Shown: positions 12,885-25,969 of the stretch, in pieces
How positions within the stretch are numbered: position 1 is the stretch's first letter
Layout of the letters: each line of letters begins with the position of its first letter
Assembly (NCBI GenBank): GCA_964016885.1
Contig: OZ024745.1
Location: 48,484,001 to 48,548,000, forward strand
Source of the DNA: Eledone cirrhosa
Taxonomy: Eukaryota
Length of the DNA stretch: 64,000 bases
Direction of reading: 5' to 3'
Position numbers and translations under genes: made by a program
The notes under the pieces: model-generated
Seen by the model: only the letters and a program-made list of their open reading frames with translations
Databases searched by the model: none
What the model was told of the DNA's origin: nothing

Positions 12885-13100
12885 CTCTTAACATCCTCTA
12901 TTGATTTAGCAGAAAATATCTAAAAACAGGTTTGTAAATTCAAATGTTTGTAGTATCTTTATTAGTGGACAGATACTTGTGAAAATTTGCAGTAAACTAA
13001 CATGCAGACTATTTTTTAATGTGATGCAATAATAGTGCTGTTTTATATTTTTCAACAACATTTTCTTAATGCCGTTTTATGTGGTACATGATGTTAAGAG
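12885..13100 (-). mobile_element. 216-bp MITE with 11-bp TIRs and degenerate TTAA flanks (piggyBac-like target site)
   Basis: TCAA|CTCTTAACATC...GATGTTAAGAG|TTTA. Its reverse complement aligns along its full length with one 47-bp satellite unit plus 34616-34789. Confidence 0.85.
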
Positions 13101-15201
13101 TTTATGTTTGTCGACATTTGCCTTAATGTTTCCTGATACATTTTAAAATATGATTTTGATTTTTCCCTCATCTTGTGAATTTGATACTTTTCTTTACTGA
13201 GCTATTTCCTCATTTCATAATTAAGGATGTTGATGCAACTGTAGAAGTGTGTTAACATAGAGCTTTACATTGCAATTTCAGCTTCACTGCTGACTTTTTA
13301 TGGCTTTAAAAAACAAAGCTCACCAGGTCCAAAATCTGTGTGGTAATAAATCCTGAGAAATCAAAACTTCCCTACACTAAGAGACGCCATAGTACCAGCC
13401 TTATATTTCAGATGTCATCATTATGTTGGTACTAAACTAGGCAATGTATTAAGTGTTGAAGCAAACAGCTATTTTCAGCATGATACTGAGTTTTCAGAAG
13501 ATAGTTGGCTGCTTGTAGTATATAATACATGGTTTAACACCACCACTTGACTCTTAAGTGCTCTATCTGTTACAAGCATTCAGATCAATTCTCAGGTTTG
13601 ATGTTAAATCAATTGAACCAGGGTTTACTCCAACCCCTACAATTAGTTTCCAAGGCCCTGCAAAATTCATCGGTGCTGCCTTTTCTCCAGCTGCTTAGAG
13701 CATAAAAAATAACTTCTGATTCATTTAGAGCAATGCTTCCTAACCAGGACTCCTTTTTATTGAACCCCTTCATTATCATATTTCTAATGAAATACACTGC
13801 CTATGTGTTTTAAGTAATTTTGAAAATTTGAAGAATTTAATGAGATAACTAAATTTTTTATTAGTAAGCTGATGTTTGACACATTATTTGACAAACATTT
13901 CTCAAACAAAATTATGCTGGAAGGTTTCAATATAAGTATAGACATTTTAATATGAGCAGTTTTGTATCGTAAATTCAGGGTGGTTTCAAGTAGGTTGGTA
14001 TCAAAACAGTTCATCAAGTTTTCATGGATCCCTCCAGGCTTTTGAAAATTTATCTATTAATATATATGAATCGAATGTTGTTTTCTAACAACAAACTTTA
14101 GTCAGTTTCATCTCTCAATTCAAAGATATATGTATCTGAATAATTGACTAAAAACGTCTAAAGTCTGTCTCAAGCTCGGAGGCTCAACAGGCTGGTGCTT
14201 ATTTTGGTTTCTATGGTGTTAAGTGACTGAGAGTACAAGACTTACCCCTGGACAGGACACTGGTCCATCACAGGGTTAACCCCCCCCCCCCAGCTATTGC
14301 TGGTACTCATTTTCAGGTGAGTAACATGAAATGAAATGTTTTGCTCCAGAACACAACACACAACCCAATCCAGGAACTGAACTCATGACATTATGATCCA
14401 ACACTCTAGGTCACATACCTCCACCTGAATAATTGGCAGTATTGAAAAGACAACAAAAAAAACAAAAAACAAAAACAAAACAAGAATAACCCCAAAAAAC
14501 AAACCTTTGTTTAATGAGATGGGTGATACAGCTTTGTTGATACTATGTTCCATATTCCAGGTTCAATGGTAGATAGTTTTAAATGTGAACTAGGTTTTAA
14601 AAAACATCTAAAAGTAGATTATTTCCAATGATCTGGAAACGATTTTGAAATTTTTAAAAGTATATTTTAATAGCCTTAGCGTGAGTGCTTATACTATTTA
14701 GAACGTCTAGAAATTTTGAACTTTGTAATACTATTTTTGAACCTCAAGAGGTTCTGAGAGCAACCAGGAGTTTATGGATGTCAGGTTAATAATCACTGCT
14801 TTAGAGAATTAGCTGTAAGGTGGGAAAAGGTCATCACATTAATACACATGATCTTTGACTGTATACCACAAAGTCAGGCATTGAGCTATGCTCTTTGGAT
14901 AGGTTCATTACTCTTCCTACTTCTGACTGACTGACTATTAACATGATTTACTCCTACATGGTAGCTGTAGGAAGAGCATCCAGCTGTAAAACGACATTCT
15001 GCTTTAACAATATACAGATGTTTGTAACTGCCAACGTAACCATGCTATTATGTAGAATGAGAAATAGATGTAAAATAGACTATCTATTCATCTCTATACA
15101 CACTCAAACATACATACACACACACACACACACACATCACATACATCACACATGTTTCTCCCCCTCATATATATATATACATATATATATGTATATATAT
15201 A

Positions 15202-15232
<31 letters not shown>

Positions 15233-15504
15233 CCACACACACATATATATATATATACACACACACATATATATATAAAGTAGTAGGCATGCTTAGCTTA
15301 TACAAACAAAGAAGAGAGTATTCAATACTAAGATAATAGAGTGTGCTTACGTTTCTAGTTGAGAAATTCTCATCTTTATATATATATATAAATAAAATTA
15401 GCAAAGACATATACCCCAAAAATTCTCCACTCATGTGTGTATATATATATACAAATATAGTGACGAAACATAAGTCAATTGCATGAACTCATAATCCTTT
15501 ATTT

Positions 15505-15560
15505 ACTGCTATATATATTTCGATGATAGCCATTGAATGGCTATGACCTCATCAGGCAGT
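15505..15560 (-). ncRNA. Type I hammerhead ribozyme motif (Penelope-like)
   Basis: Minus strand reads ACTGC-CTGATGA-GGTCATAGCCATTCAATGGCTATCATC-GAAA-TATATA-TA-GCAGT: intact core, 5-bp stem I, long stem II, palindromic AU stem III. Confidence 0.8.
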
Positions 15561-15984
15561 TAGTCAGTTCTTAGATATGCCAGCTCTGTGTTTATAGTGT
15601 TGATGGTATCAGAGCCTTGGGACATATCAAATATATATATAAATATATATATAAATATATATATTTTATTTTTATACAAATATATATATATAAATATATA
15701 TATTTTATTTTTAGAGAAACAACTTTTGAGTACATATGCTCTTATTGATGTCACATAACATCCTTTAATTTTAGACATTCTTTTCACTTCTACATGATGT
15801 GACATTGTCACTGTAATCTTGTGATTGCAGGCTAAAATATAATATATAAGACATCGCAGAGTTCTAATATGCAAGCCCAACCATACCTTGTATATGGCTT
15901 GGCACTTATCAGTCTAGATCCTATATATTAGTGTTGGAGAACTTTTTTGAGAGCTTGTACCCTCATTAGTGATAGAGCTGTTCT

Positions 15985-16230
15985 GCTAGAGAATGGGTCG
16001 CAGGTGGTGGATAGTTATACGACTACCGGATATGATGGTTAGTTGCAATATATGTGGGCTTCTGCCAGATGAATAAACATCCCTGGACCAAACAGCATTA
16101 AGCTACTTGAGGAAATGGAATAATGGGTGACAGTGTTAGCTCTCAAGAAAACTCTCACAACCCTAGCAATGTAGTTACGATGAAGCGAGTAAAGGCCGCC
16201 TCTAAAAAGGCCTAGTCTGCGTGGGTCTTA
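15985..16230 (+). mobile_element. Possible decayed RTE-type LINE 5' UTR fragment
   Basis: GGTCGCAGGTGGTGGATAG...CCGGATATGATGGTTAGTTGCAAT resembles my recollection of RTE 5' UTRs. This cannot be verified within the window. Confidence 0.3.
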
Positions 16231-16485
16231 GAAATTAGTCTTCAAGAAAAAAATAAAATTCCCTCAGAAGCCTAGGGAAATTTTCAAGCAGATTATAATT
16301 TTTAATATATTTATATTTTACAAATTATTTTATGGGAAAAGAGAATACAAGGTTAGAAAACATTTTTAAACAAGTATGTTTAAAGAAGTATGATTTACCT
16401 CCTGATATCCTGGTTTCTACTAATTTCTAAAAGTCTTTTAGGAATAAAAATATTTCAAGACTAAAAGATAAGATATTATGCTTAA

Positions 16486-16681
16486 CCTTTTATCATTTAA
16501 ACTAGCCATATCCGGCCAGAATTCGTTCACCTCTTTCTGTTCAAACCGGCTGTAACCAACCTCTCATACTAAATAATATCAAAATCTCATAGATTCGATA
16601 TTATGTGAGATAATTATGTAAGGTAAAGCCTTTACCGTGAAAATATAATTGTAAATATAGAGTAATGTAAATGCTAAAAGG
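16486..16681. mobile_element. TTAA-flanked MITE (piggyBac-like)
   Basis: TTAA|CCTTTTATCATTTA...TAAATGCTAAAAGG|TTAA: 14-bp TIR with one mismatch and a perfect TTAA on both sides. Confidence 0.85.
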
Positions 16682-16930
16682 TTAATAATAGTTTCAAACT
16701 AATTAAAACTGTTTTCACATTCATTTAATTTAACATGTATGAGTTCAGTATATAGTATTTACAAAATTACATTATGTATGTTATTCAAGAATGGTGAAAA
16801 GAAAATAGCAGGAGGAGGAAAACTACACGAGGAAGCTGCTATTTTCTTGTTATGCAACTCATTTGAAATAACTTCCTATATTCATGTTGCAGTTGAAATT
16901 CTGCTATTTGTGTTGTTTGTTGTTTATATA

Positions 16931-17142
16931 CAGGGTGGCCACAAAAACACTCCTTGATTTCAAATACTTATAATATCAAAACTTAAATGAATATTCTTAT
17001 AATATTAGTGGTTACAATTGCATAAACTAATAAAGTTTCTTTCCTCATTTGCAGAATTGACTTAGTCCACTAGATGGCAGTGTAATTCAAGATGGTGTTC
17101 ACTCTACAACAATGTAGCTGGTGTCTTTTTGTGGTCACCCTG
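16931..17142. mobile_element. Tc1/mariner-type MITE
   Basis: TA|CAGGGTGGCCACAAAAACAC...GTGTCTTTTTGTGGTCACCCTG|TA. Confidence 0.85.
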
Positions 17143-17590
17143 TATAATGGCAGTGTCATTAGAATGTTGGATAAAAGCTGAGCAGTTATAGTTCCAGCTT
17201 TTTAAGTTCTAAGTTAAAATCCTGTAGAGATCAATTTTGCTTTTCATCCTCTTGAGATCAATAAAATAAAGTACCACTCAAGTACTGGGGTCGATATAAT
17301 CAAATGTCCTCTCCCCGAAATCGCTGTCTTTGTGTCTAAATTAGAAATTATGATTCATATTGAGTGTATATCTATAGCACAGGGAATTAAACATCAGAAC
17401 ACTGTAAACACTTTAGAAGAAAGGTTTAATTTCTTATATGAATTTCTTTTCCTTCCTTCAACTCATAACTCTTGGTGGAGTCAGAGGAGCACCACAGGGA
17501 CATACAGCATTTCTTGAGCCTTTTTTTAAAACCTGGTGTAGCCCATCTTCTCTTCAGGTCTGGACACAGCTGATTTCTTCCAGGAAGGAC

Positions 17591-19313
17591 AGAGCGTGAT
17601 AGAGATCCAGAGTGATATAGATCCAGGGTGATAGAGAGTGATAGAGATCCAGAGTGACAGAGAGTGATAGAGATCTAGAGTGATACAGAGTGTTACAGAG
17701 TGATAGAGATCTAGCGTGATAGAGAGTGATAAAGATCCAGAGTGACAGAGAGTGATAGAGATCCAGAGTGATAGAGAGTGATAGAGATCCAGAGTGATAA
17801 AGAGTGATAGAGAGTGATAGAGATCCAGAGTGATAGAGAGTGATAGAGATCAAGAGTGATAGAGAGTGATAAAGATCCAGAGTGACAGAGAGTGATAGAG
17901 ATCCAGAGTGATAGAGTGTGATAGAGATCCAGAGTGATAGAGAGTGATAAAGATCCAGAGTGACAGAGAGTGATAGAGATCCAGAGTGATAGAGAGTGAT
18001 AGAGATCCAGAGTGATAGAGAGTGATAGAGATCCAGAGTGATAAAGAGTGATAGAGAGTGATAGAGATCCAGAGTGATAGAGAGTGATAGAGATCCAGAG
18101 TGATAGAGAGTGATAAAGATCCAGAGTGATAGAGATCCAGAGTGATAAAGAGTGATAGAGAGTGATAGAGATCCAGAGTGATAGAGAGTGATAGAGATCA
18201 AGAGTGATAGAGAGTGATAGAGATCCAGAGTGATAAAGAGTGATAGAGAGTGATAGAGATCCAGAGTGATAGAGAGTGATAGAGATCCAGAGTGATAGAG
18301 AGTGATAAAGATCCAGAGTGACAGAGAGTGATAGAGATCCAGAGTGATAGAGAGTGATAGAGATCCAGAGTGATAGAGAGTGATAGAGATCCAGAGTGAT
18401 AAAGAGTGATAGAGAGTGATAGAGATCCAGAGTGATAGAGAGTGATAGAGATCCAGAGTGATAGAGAGTGATAAAGATCCAGAGTGATAGAGATCCAGAG
18501 TGATAAAGAGTGATAGAGAGTGATAGAGATCCAGAGTGATAGAGAGTGATAAAGATCCAGAGTGACAGAGAGTGATAGAGATCCAGAGTGATAGAGAGTG
18601 ATAGAGATCCAGAGTGATAGAGAGTGATAGAGATCCAGAGTGATAGAGAGTGATAATGATCCAGAGTGACAGAGAGTGATAGAGATCCAGAGTTATAGAG
18701 TGTGATAGAGATCCAGAGTGATAGAGTGTGATAGAGATCCAGAGTGATAGAGAGTGATAGAGATCCAGAGTGATAGAGTGTGATAGAGATCCAGAGTGAT
18801 AGAGAGTGATAGAGATCCAGAGTGATAGAGAGTGATATAGAGTGATAGAGATCCAGAGTGATAGAAATCCAGAGTGATAGAGAGTGATAGAGATCCAGAG
18901 TGATACAGAGTGATAGAGATCAAGAGTGACAGAGAGTGATAGAGAGTGATAGAGAGTGATAGAGATCCAGAATGATAGAGACTGATAGAGATCCAGATTG
19001 ATAGAGAGTGATAAAGATCCAGAGTGATAGAGAGTGATAGAGATCCAGAGTGATAGAGAGTGATACAGATCCAGAGTGATAGAGAGTGATAAAGATCCAG
19101 AGTGATAGAAAGTGATTAAGATCCAGAGTGATAGAGAGTGATAGAGAGTGATAGAGATCCAGAGTGATACAGAGTGATACAGAGTGATAGAGATCAAGAG
19201 TGATAGAGAGTGATAGAGATCTAGAATGATAGAGAATGATAGAGAGTGATAGAGAGTGATAGAGATCCAGAGTGATAGAGCATGATAGAGATCCAGAGTG
19301 ATAGAGATCCAGA
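17591..19313. repeat. Purine-rich compound minisatellite built from AGAGTGATAG (10 bp) and AGATCC (6 bp)
   Basis: Irregular 16/26/36-bp combinations of the two modules. This array is the source of the spurious 547-aa minus-strand ORF. Confidence 0.97.
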
Positions 19314-21320
19314 GGAAGCAAGAAAGAGATATAGAGGAAGAATCTACGCCAGTACTGGACTGTACATTTTAATCAACCTCAAAAGGATGCAGAGGCAAAG
19401 TTGACCTTGGTGGGATTTGAACTCGCAGAGCACAGAGAGCTGGAATAAATACTACAAAGCATTCTATCTGATGCTCTAATGGTTCTGCTAAGTCACCACC
19501 TTCCTGCATGAAACTTTTAATTAGAAAATCTCTACAGAGATTGTTGATAGATAATAAATGGGATAAGAGAATGGGAATAGTAAGTGATAGAGAAATCCAG
19601 TAGTTTTCTATTAAACTTAATATACCTTCATTTATAGATTGTGTCCTTGAGCAAGACATTTTACTTCACATTACTTCAGTCCACTTAGCTAGCAAAGATT
19701 AGCTGTACCTGTAATTCAAGGGGCTAGCCTTGTATCATACATTGTGACATGCTGAATCTCCCTGAGATGCACATGTCTGCAGAATGCTCAGCTACTTACC
19801 TATTTATTTCATAAGCAGTCAGTTCCATTTATTAAATCAACTGGAGCACTTGTTGGAAATGACAGAGGTTCAACAACAACAACACAACTTTCAACCTTGG
19901 CAACACCAGGTTTTCTATTAGTATACATATATATGTGTCTGTGTGTGGTATCTAATTGTTAATTTGATCTTTGCTACACAGCAGCAGTACCTCAAAAGTC
20001 AGCTATTGTTGATGTCTGATATTTTCTGTTGAAGTCTATGAGAAACATTATTCCCTGCTATCAGTCTCATAGGGGAACCTGGTTTCACTTCTATCTGAGG
20101 TGGTCTTTGATCAAGTGAAAACAAAACGGAATGTTGGTTTTTATAGTCATAAAAAGTCTGTTGGATATAAATACTGAGCTGATTTCTACCACATGTTGTA
20201 TAATTTTCATTACATTACACACCTGTTCATCCACAGGTTACATCATATATTTATCTGCCAATTCTGTGATGATGATATATTCTACAATGGTAATAAAGAG
20301 GTGATTTTATTATCAGCTAATTCACTGCCAAATTGGTTGAGTTGATAGAACGTCAGATTAATTGCCTCGATAATTTGTTCCAGCTCTCTGCACTCTGAAT
20401 TCAAATCTTGTTGAGAGTAACTGTATCTTTGAACTTTTCAGGGTCAATAAATAAAGTACCAGTCCAGGGTCAGTGGGTTGGCAGAATTATTAAAGAGTTG
20501 CAGTATGTTTTCTGGCTCTGTACTTTCTGAGTTCAAATCCAACCTCCTTCTACCAGGAATGACTAGCAGATAGTATCTGCAATAGTAAAATCAGTGGAAA
20601 CATGGGTTCCTTTGTCCAATCTGCTGATCAGCTCTTTTCTTTTCCTTTGTACTTTTAAAACAGTTGCTTAAATTCTTGACAGAATGACATATGGTTCTTT
20701 TTTAGTTCTAGGTCAACATTGAGCGAAACTTTGATCCAAGTCATTCCAGACATGACTATTCCCACAGTTTAGAGGTACCTAGAACTACATTATCTAATAT
20801 ATATGTCCTTTTTTAGTGAGTGGGATGATGACAATTTGGCTGCTATCTTCAGCAGATTGAAAAGCCATACAGAAGGTCTCTTGTTGGCTTATTTTTCAAA
20901 AAGATACAATACCTGGAAATAGAATGGAATGGTCATAACTGAAATGTCTTTAATTATATGTCTGCTCAATCTGATCTCACCTGGGGCTAAACAACAACAC
21001 CATATGTATGTCCTGATTAAAGTAAAATAAGAACTTCTTAAAATGTGTTCATGTTTTCTTTATATATAAATTAGAGCATGTGTGCACTCGATGAATTAGA
21101 GCACTCGATGAAGTACGCAGGTGGGTCTGTTTACACAGGAGTATATTCATAAACATGAAGTACAAGTGAACAGGTCAAAATTAACTTTGTTTATTCATAA
21201 TCATTCTTATATATATTTCGGTGATAACCATTATGCAACAGCTATGACCTCAAGAATTTGAACAGAAAAAACATAAAACCATAAAGATGAAATAAAGCTA
21301 ACTTCTGTTGTTTCGATTGA

Positions 21321-21627
21321 GGCAACACGGTAAAAACCTCCCAGCCCCACACTGTAAATGTGGTTGGTGTTAGGAAGGGCATCCAGCTGTAGAAAACCCG
21401 CCAGACAGTCCACACTGTAATGTGGCCGTGTAGGCAACACGGTAAAAACCTCCCAGCCCCACACTGTAAATGTGGTTGGTGTTAGGAAGGGCATCCAACT
21501 GTAGAAAACCCGCCAGACAGTCCTATGCGAGCAAGACAACCACTCTTGCCTCAAGTGGGAAAACCCCCGTCCAAACCCATGCAAGCGTGGAACACGGACG
21601 CTAAACCTGATGATGATGATGATGATA
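21321..21627 (+). mobile_element. RTE 3' UTR-only insertion with (GAT)n tail and an internal ~112-bp duplication
   Basis: Matches the 3' UTRs at 45870-46068 and 57056-57270. The same internal duplication occurs at 49880-50100. Confidence 0.85.
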
Positions 21628-21904
21628 TGCTCCTGGCTGAAATTTGATGTTGCTTTCTCAAGGCTCTGCGCATATGCTACATCGATTATGAATAAATGAA
21701 GTTAATTTTAACCTGTTGTCTTGTACTTCATGTTTATATATATATCATTATCATCATCATCATTTTTATACCTGTCACCACCATGCTGACATGGGTTAGA
21801 TGGGACTTTTTGAAGCAGTGTTTTGTGGCTGGAAGCCCTTCCTTCCTTATGGCACACAAGATATGATGCATCTATTGTAAAAACTGGGATATATATATAT
21901 TACT

Positions 21905-22447
21905 GCATAATGCCAGAGATCTTGATTGTGTCATCGCCTTTGAGAGGTGCAATTGTGCAACGTCAGCTTTTATCACCTCATCCCATGTCATCCTAGGTCT
22001 TCCTACACCATAGCATCCATCAACTTTGAATGCCCTGCACCTTTTTATACACCTGTTATTCTTCATATGCATCACCTGTCTGTACCAATTCATTCTCCTC
22101 TCCAGCACACTGCATCTGATCCCTATTAAGCCAAGTTTCTCTTGCAGTTCATTTATGCTTTACCATTCCTGTATATTACTATTACACATCCATTGAAGCA
22201 TGGAAGTTTCATTTCTTTCCAATCTTCGTAGTTCCTCTGAACACAGTACCCAACTCTCATTGCCATGCAACATTGCTGTTTGTAGACATGCATCATAGAA
22301 TCTTCCCTTCATTTTGAGAAAACCTTTTGTGGTTAGCAGTGGTTGTAGCTTCCTGAACTTTCTTCATCCTGATCCTGTTCTCATTCTGGCTACAGTACTT
22401 TCAGAACACCCACCTCCACTGTTAATTTGGTCACACAGGTAATGGAA
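21905..22447 (-). mobile_element. Old degenerate RTE ORF2 C-terminal fragment
   Basis: Fragments FHYLCDQINSGGGCSESTVARMRTG and LERRMNWY...GVGRPRMTWDEVI are homologous to ORF 57450-58460. Confidence 0.88.
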
Positions 22448-22987
22448 ATTAACAGGGAGCATTTTGAAGGTGATTAAATAAAATTTGTGAAATGTAAAAT
22501 ATTGTTTATTTTTTAATGCACCTAATATATTATATGGTAGCCAGGATGGTTCTATTATCACTATTATTAATGCTGCTACAACCATTGTTACTGATCTCTA
22601 CTTCCTTCTATTTAACTGAGATGGTGGTGTTGCTGCTGTTGTTGTGGGGATAATTAACTTTATTGCTCCCCCACTCCCACAATCAAAGGCTAGCTATCAT
22701 GCAACCCCCTACTGACCTGATACCAGAGTGAGTGGAGCTTGGTAGGAAGGCAAAGAGGATGTAGTGTTAGAACTATCTTCAACCAATAGTTAGGTGTTGT
22801 TTACACCCTTTATGATGGTGCTGTGAGGTTGTTTGCACTAATTTATATGTTAGCAGGGATTTGGAGGAATAACACCAATAACCTGCCAAGGGAATATCAC
22901 AGAATGGCAACTGCATGAGTAATTTTATTTTTGTTCATGTCATTTTATTCATGTAATTTTTATTTATGCAACTTTCTGTTCATGTAA

Positions 22988-23051
22988 TAGCTGTCTGATG
23001 AAGTTGTAGCTGTTACATAATGGCTGCCATCAAAATATGTATAACAGCGAT
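22988..23051 (+). ncRNA. Decayed type I hammerhead motif
   Basis: GCTGT-CTGATGA-[stem II]-C-AAAA (GAAA mutated)-TATGTA-TA-ACAGC. Same layout as 15505-15560. Confidence 0.55.
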
Positions 23052-23196
23052 TGTGTAACAAGTAAATTCTAAGCTACTGACTTCTACTTTATTGTAATAC
23101 CAATACTCTGGAGTACACAGACCTACATATATACTTCGTCAAGTCCTCTATCCTGCATACACTAGTGTCGGTTGATTATAACACAAAATATACCAA

Positions 23197-23254
<58 letters not shown>

Positions 23255-23385
23255 TCAGCAGCTGTTGAGAGTTTAGATGTAGAAATGTAATCTGTAAAAC
23301 ATGAGAATGCTATTCTGGTGGAGATTCAATAATTTCTCCTCATCTGTCAAATACTATTTATTATTATCAGGTACAAGATACAATG

Positions 23386-23575
23386 GCGGTGGATTGGCAG
23401 TATCAGTAGAGGGTCAGACGCCATGCATTGATGCATAGAGTTACGGCCCTTGCCATTCTGAGTTCAAATCCCGCCGAGGTTAACTTTGCCTTTCATCCTT
23501 ACGGGGGTCGATAAAATAAAGTACCAGTAATGTACTGGGTAATTGCTGGCCTTGGGCCAAACGTAGAAACAATTA
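23386..23575 (+). mobile_element. tRNA-derived SINE, family 1, with target-site duplication
   Basis: Full-length copy. ATTATTATCAGGTACAAG occurs just upstream (~23360) and again directly after the tail (~23572). Confidence 0.85.
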
Positions 23576-24532
23576 TTATCAGGTACAAGTTTGGCTATAG
23601 GTGTAGGTATGGATGTGTGGTTAAGAAGTTAACTTTGCAGCCATGAATATTTAGGTTCAATCCCACTGCATCACAGTTGAAGCAAGTGTCTTCTAATATA
23701 TCCTTAGACCGACAATACATTCTGAATGAAAATGGTTCACAGAATCTCTACAGAAGAGAGAGAGAGAGACACACACACATGCAGAAACACTCCCCGTCTC
23801 TCTCTCTCTCTCTCTCTCTCTTTGCTCTCTCCTCCGCTCTCTGAGCATGGACAGCCAGTGTCATTTGTTATTTTCTGCACAAACAGTATAGAGTTCTCTA
23901 ATAAATTTTTCTTTCATTCCATCATTTATAATATTTAATCATCATCATCATCATCACTTTACGTCCATTTTTTCATTCCAGCATGGGTTATACAAGTTGT
24001 TCTGTTGTAGGCAAAGGTGACCATGTCTTGCTTATACAGAACTGATTTTGGCTTGGTTTCTACAGCTGGATGCCCTTCCTAACACCAACCTCATTTACAG
24101 TGAGTACTGGGTGCTTGTTGTCAAGACGCATATATAACTACTTTACAGTGAAAGGGTGGGGTGGGGCATACTGTATATTTGCTTCAGCTTCGGCCTGTGC
24201 CAGTGAAAAGACAATCCTTTCATTATTTCTGTTCTGTCTATGAAATTTCTCAAAATTCTAATATATGCCTACAATTTAATGTTATCTAATCGATATCAAA
24301 ATACTTTTGTTACAGTCCATAGTTTAGTTACATACAATGATGTAGATCATACATAACACTTTAATGAAAACTAAATAATATAGACGTAGGCATTGGTTAA
24401 AGATTTCCCTTCACAACCATGGGGGTTGATGTTCACTACCACTCAAAGCTCCTTAGGGTTTTCTACTAGAGCCGAGAGTTAACCAATGCCTTGACAGTAA
24501 AATTTGGTAGATGGAAATTGCAGAAGACCACT

Positions 24533-24590
<58 letters not shown>

Positions 24591-25969
24591 ACACATATGC
24601 GAAAAATAAATGGAAAACAACACAGCAAAGGATACAGTACAATGAAGATATATAGTAATTTATCACTTAGTCCTTCATCTAAAGATAAAAAGATAAATAA
24701 AAGATAAATAGAAAGATAGAGAGTGAGAAGAGGGAAAAAAATGTTTTGAGTAAAAAGCATGTGTGTGTTCAATTTGCCAATATATATATGTGTGTGTATG
24801 TGTCTGTGTGTGTGTCTGTGTGTGTGTATAAGCTGTGATTTGGTAGAGTCATTAGAATGTTGAGTAGAATCCTTTGCAGTATTCATTCTAGTTTTCTGCA
24901 CTCCGAATACAAATCCTGCTGAGGTCAACTTTCTCGGTTGATAAAAAGAGTACCTGTTATGTATTGGAGGTTGATTCTTCATCTATATTTCTTTCTCACT
25001 TCCTCTCTGTCACTCTTTCTCCTTCTCTAGAAGAAATTATCTGTGTTCAGACATGGAGAGGCGATAGGCTCCATTAGGTTTAAAATGCAGAACATCACTG
25101 TCAAATTTCACTACAGCATTCCTATGGCTCCCTGAGGAATTACAGGTACATTCATATATAAGTGTGTGTGTGTGTGTGTGTGTGTGGTTTCATGCATAGA
25201 ATTAATATATGCAGGGTGGGTCATAAGAATCGCTGGACAGATTTTACAGGCAAAACCAATCAGCAAGGGACCCAGGGGTAGACCCTAAGCAAGATGGTTG
25301 GATAACATCCATGAGCTTGGGTGGCTAAGCTTGGGGATCCAGCTGGATCAGTTGGAGACGGTTGCTTCTGGCAGAACCCACTGAAAGAAGTGTTTGAAGA
25401 CACTGCTCTCATGACCCTCCCAGGAATAAGTGGGCAAAGAAGAAGAAGGGTCATAATCAGCTTTCTACCATACTGATAAGAAAAATGAATAAAACCTACT
25501 TATTGGGTAATAAACTCATTAGCTGACCTTTGGATGTCTTTAGCAAAGTCCATAATGCTGCAAGCACTGGCCTGTCACTAAGCATTGGCCCTGGGCGAAT
25601 AGAGGGGGCAGGGTTGGGAGGCAGGTATTACCTTCTGAACATTCTTGGTGAGCTCTTTTTTGGAAGGAATATATTTTAGGACTTTTTTTTTACAATAAAC
25701 TTTATTTTCTAAATCTGAATGTGCACCATTGAAAAGTATAGGGGGTGATGTGGAGGGTGGTGGGGTGGTGGTAATATAGTAGTGCCATCCTGTGCTGTCT
25801 TTTGTTGCAAGATAACTAAATGCCCTGTTTTACTGCTTCCTCCCGTACCAACTTATCAGTTTTGGTTTTTCCCTCTTTCCTCCCATCAGTCCCACCAGAT
25901 TTTTACTACTGCTTTTAATCCTCTTGTTATGTTCTAAATAAATTATATTTGAATGTGTTGCATTAAATT

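Noticed and set aside
17554-19197. 547-aa Ser/Leu/Ile-rich ORF
   Set aside because: Antisense translation of the AGAGTGATAG/AGATCC minisatellite, which shifts frame freely with no coding constraint.
24655-24690. Hammerhead-like TAGATGAAGGACTAAGTGATAAA on the minus strand
   Set aside because: The CUGA and GAAA boxes and stem II are not intact; it is at best a very decayed relic.
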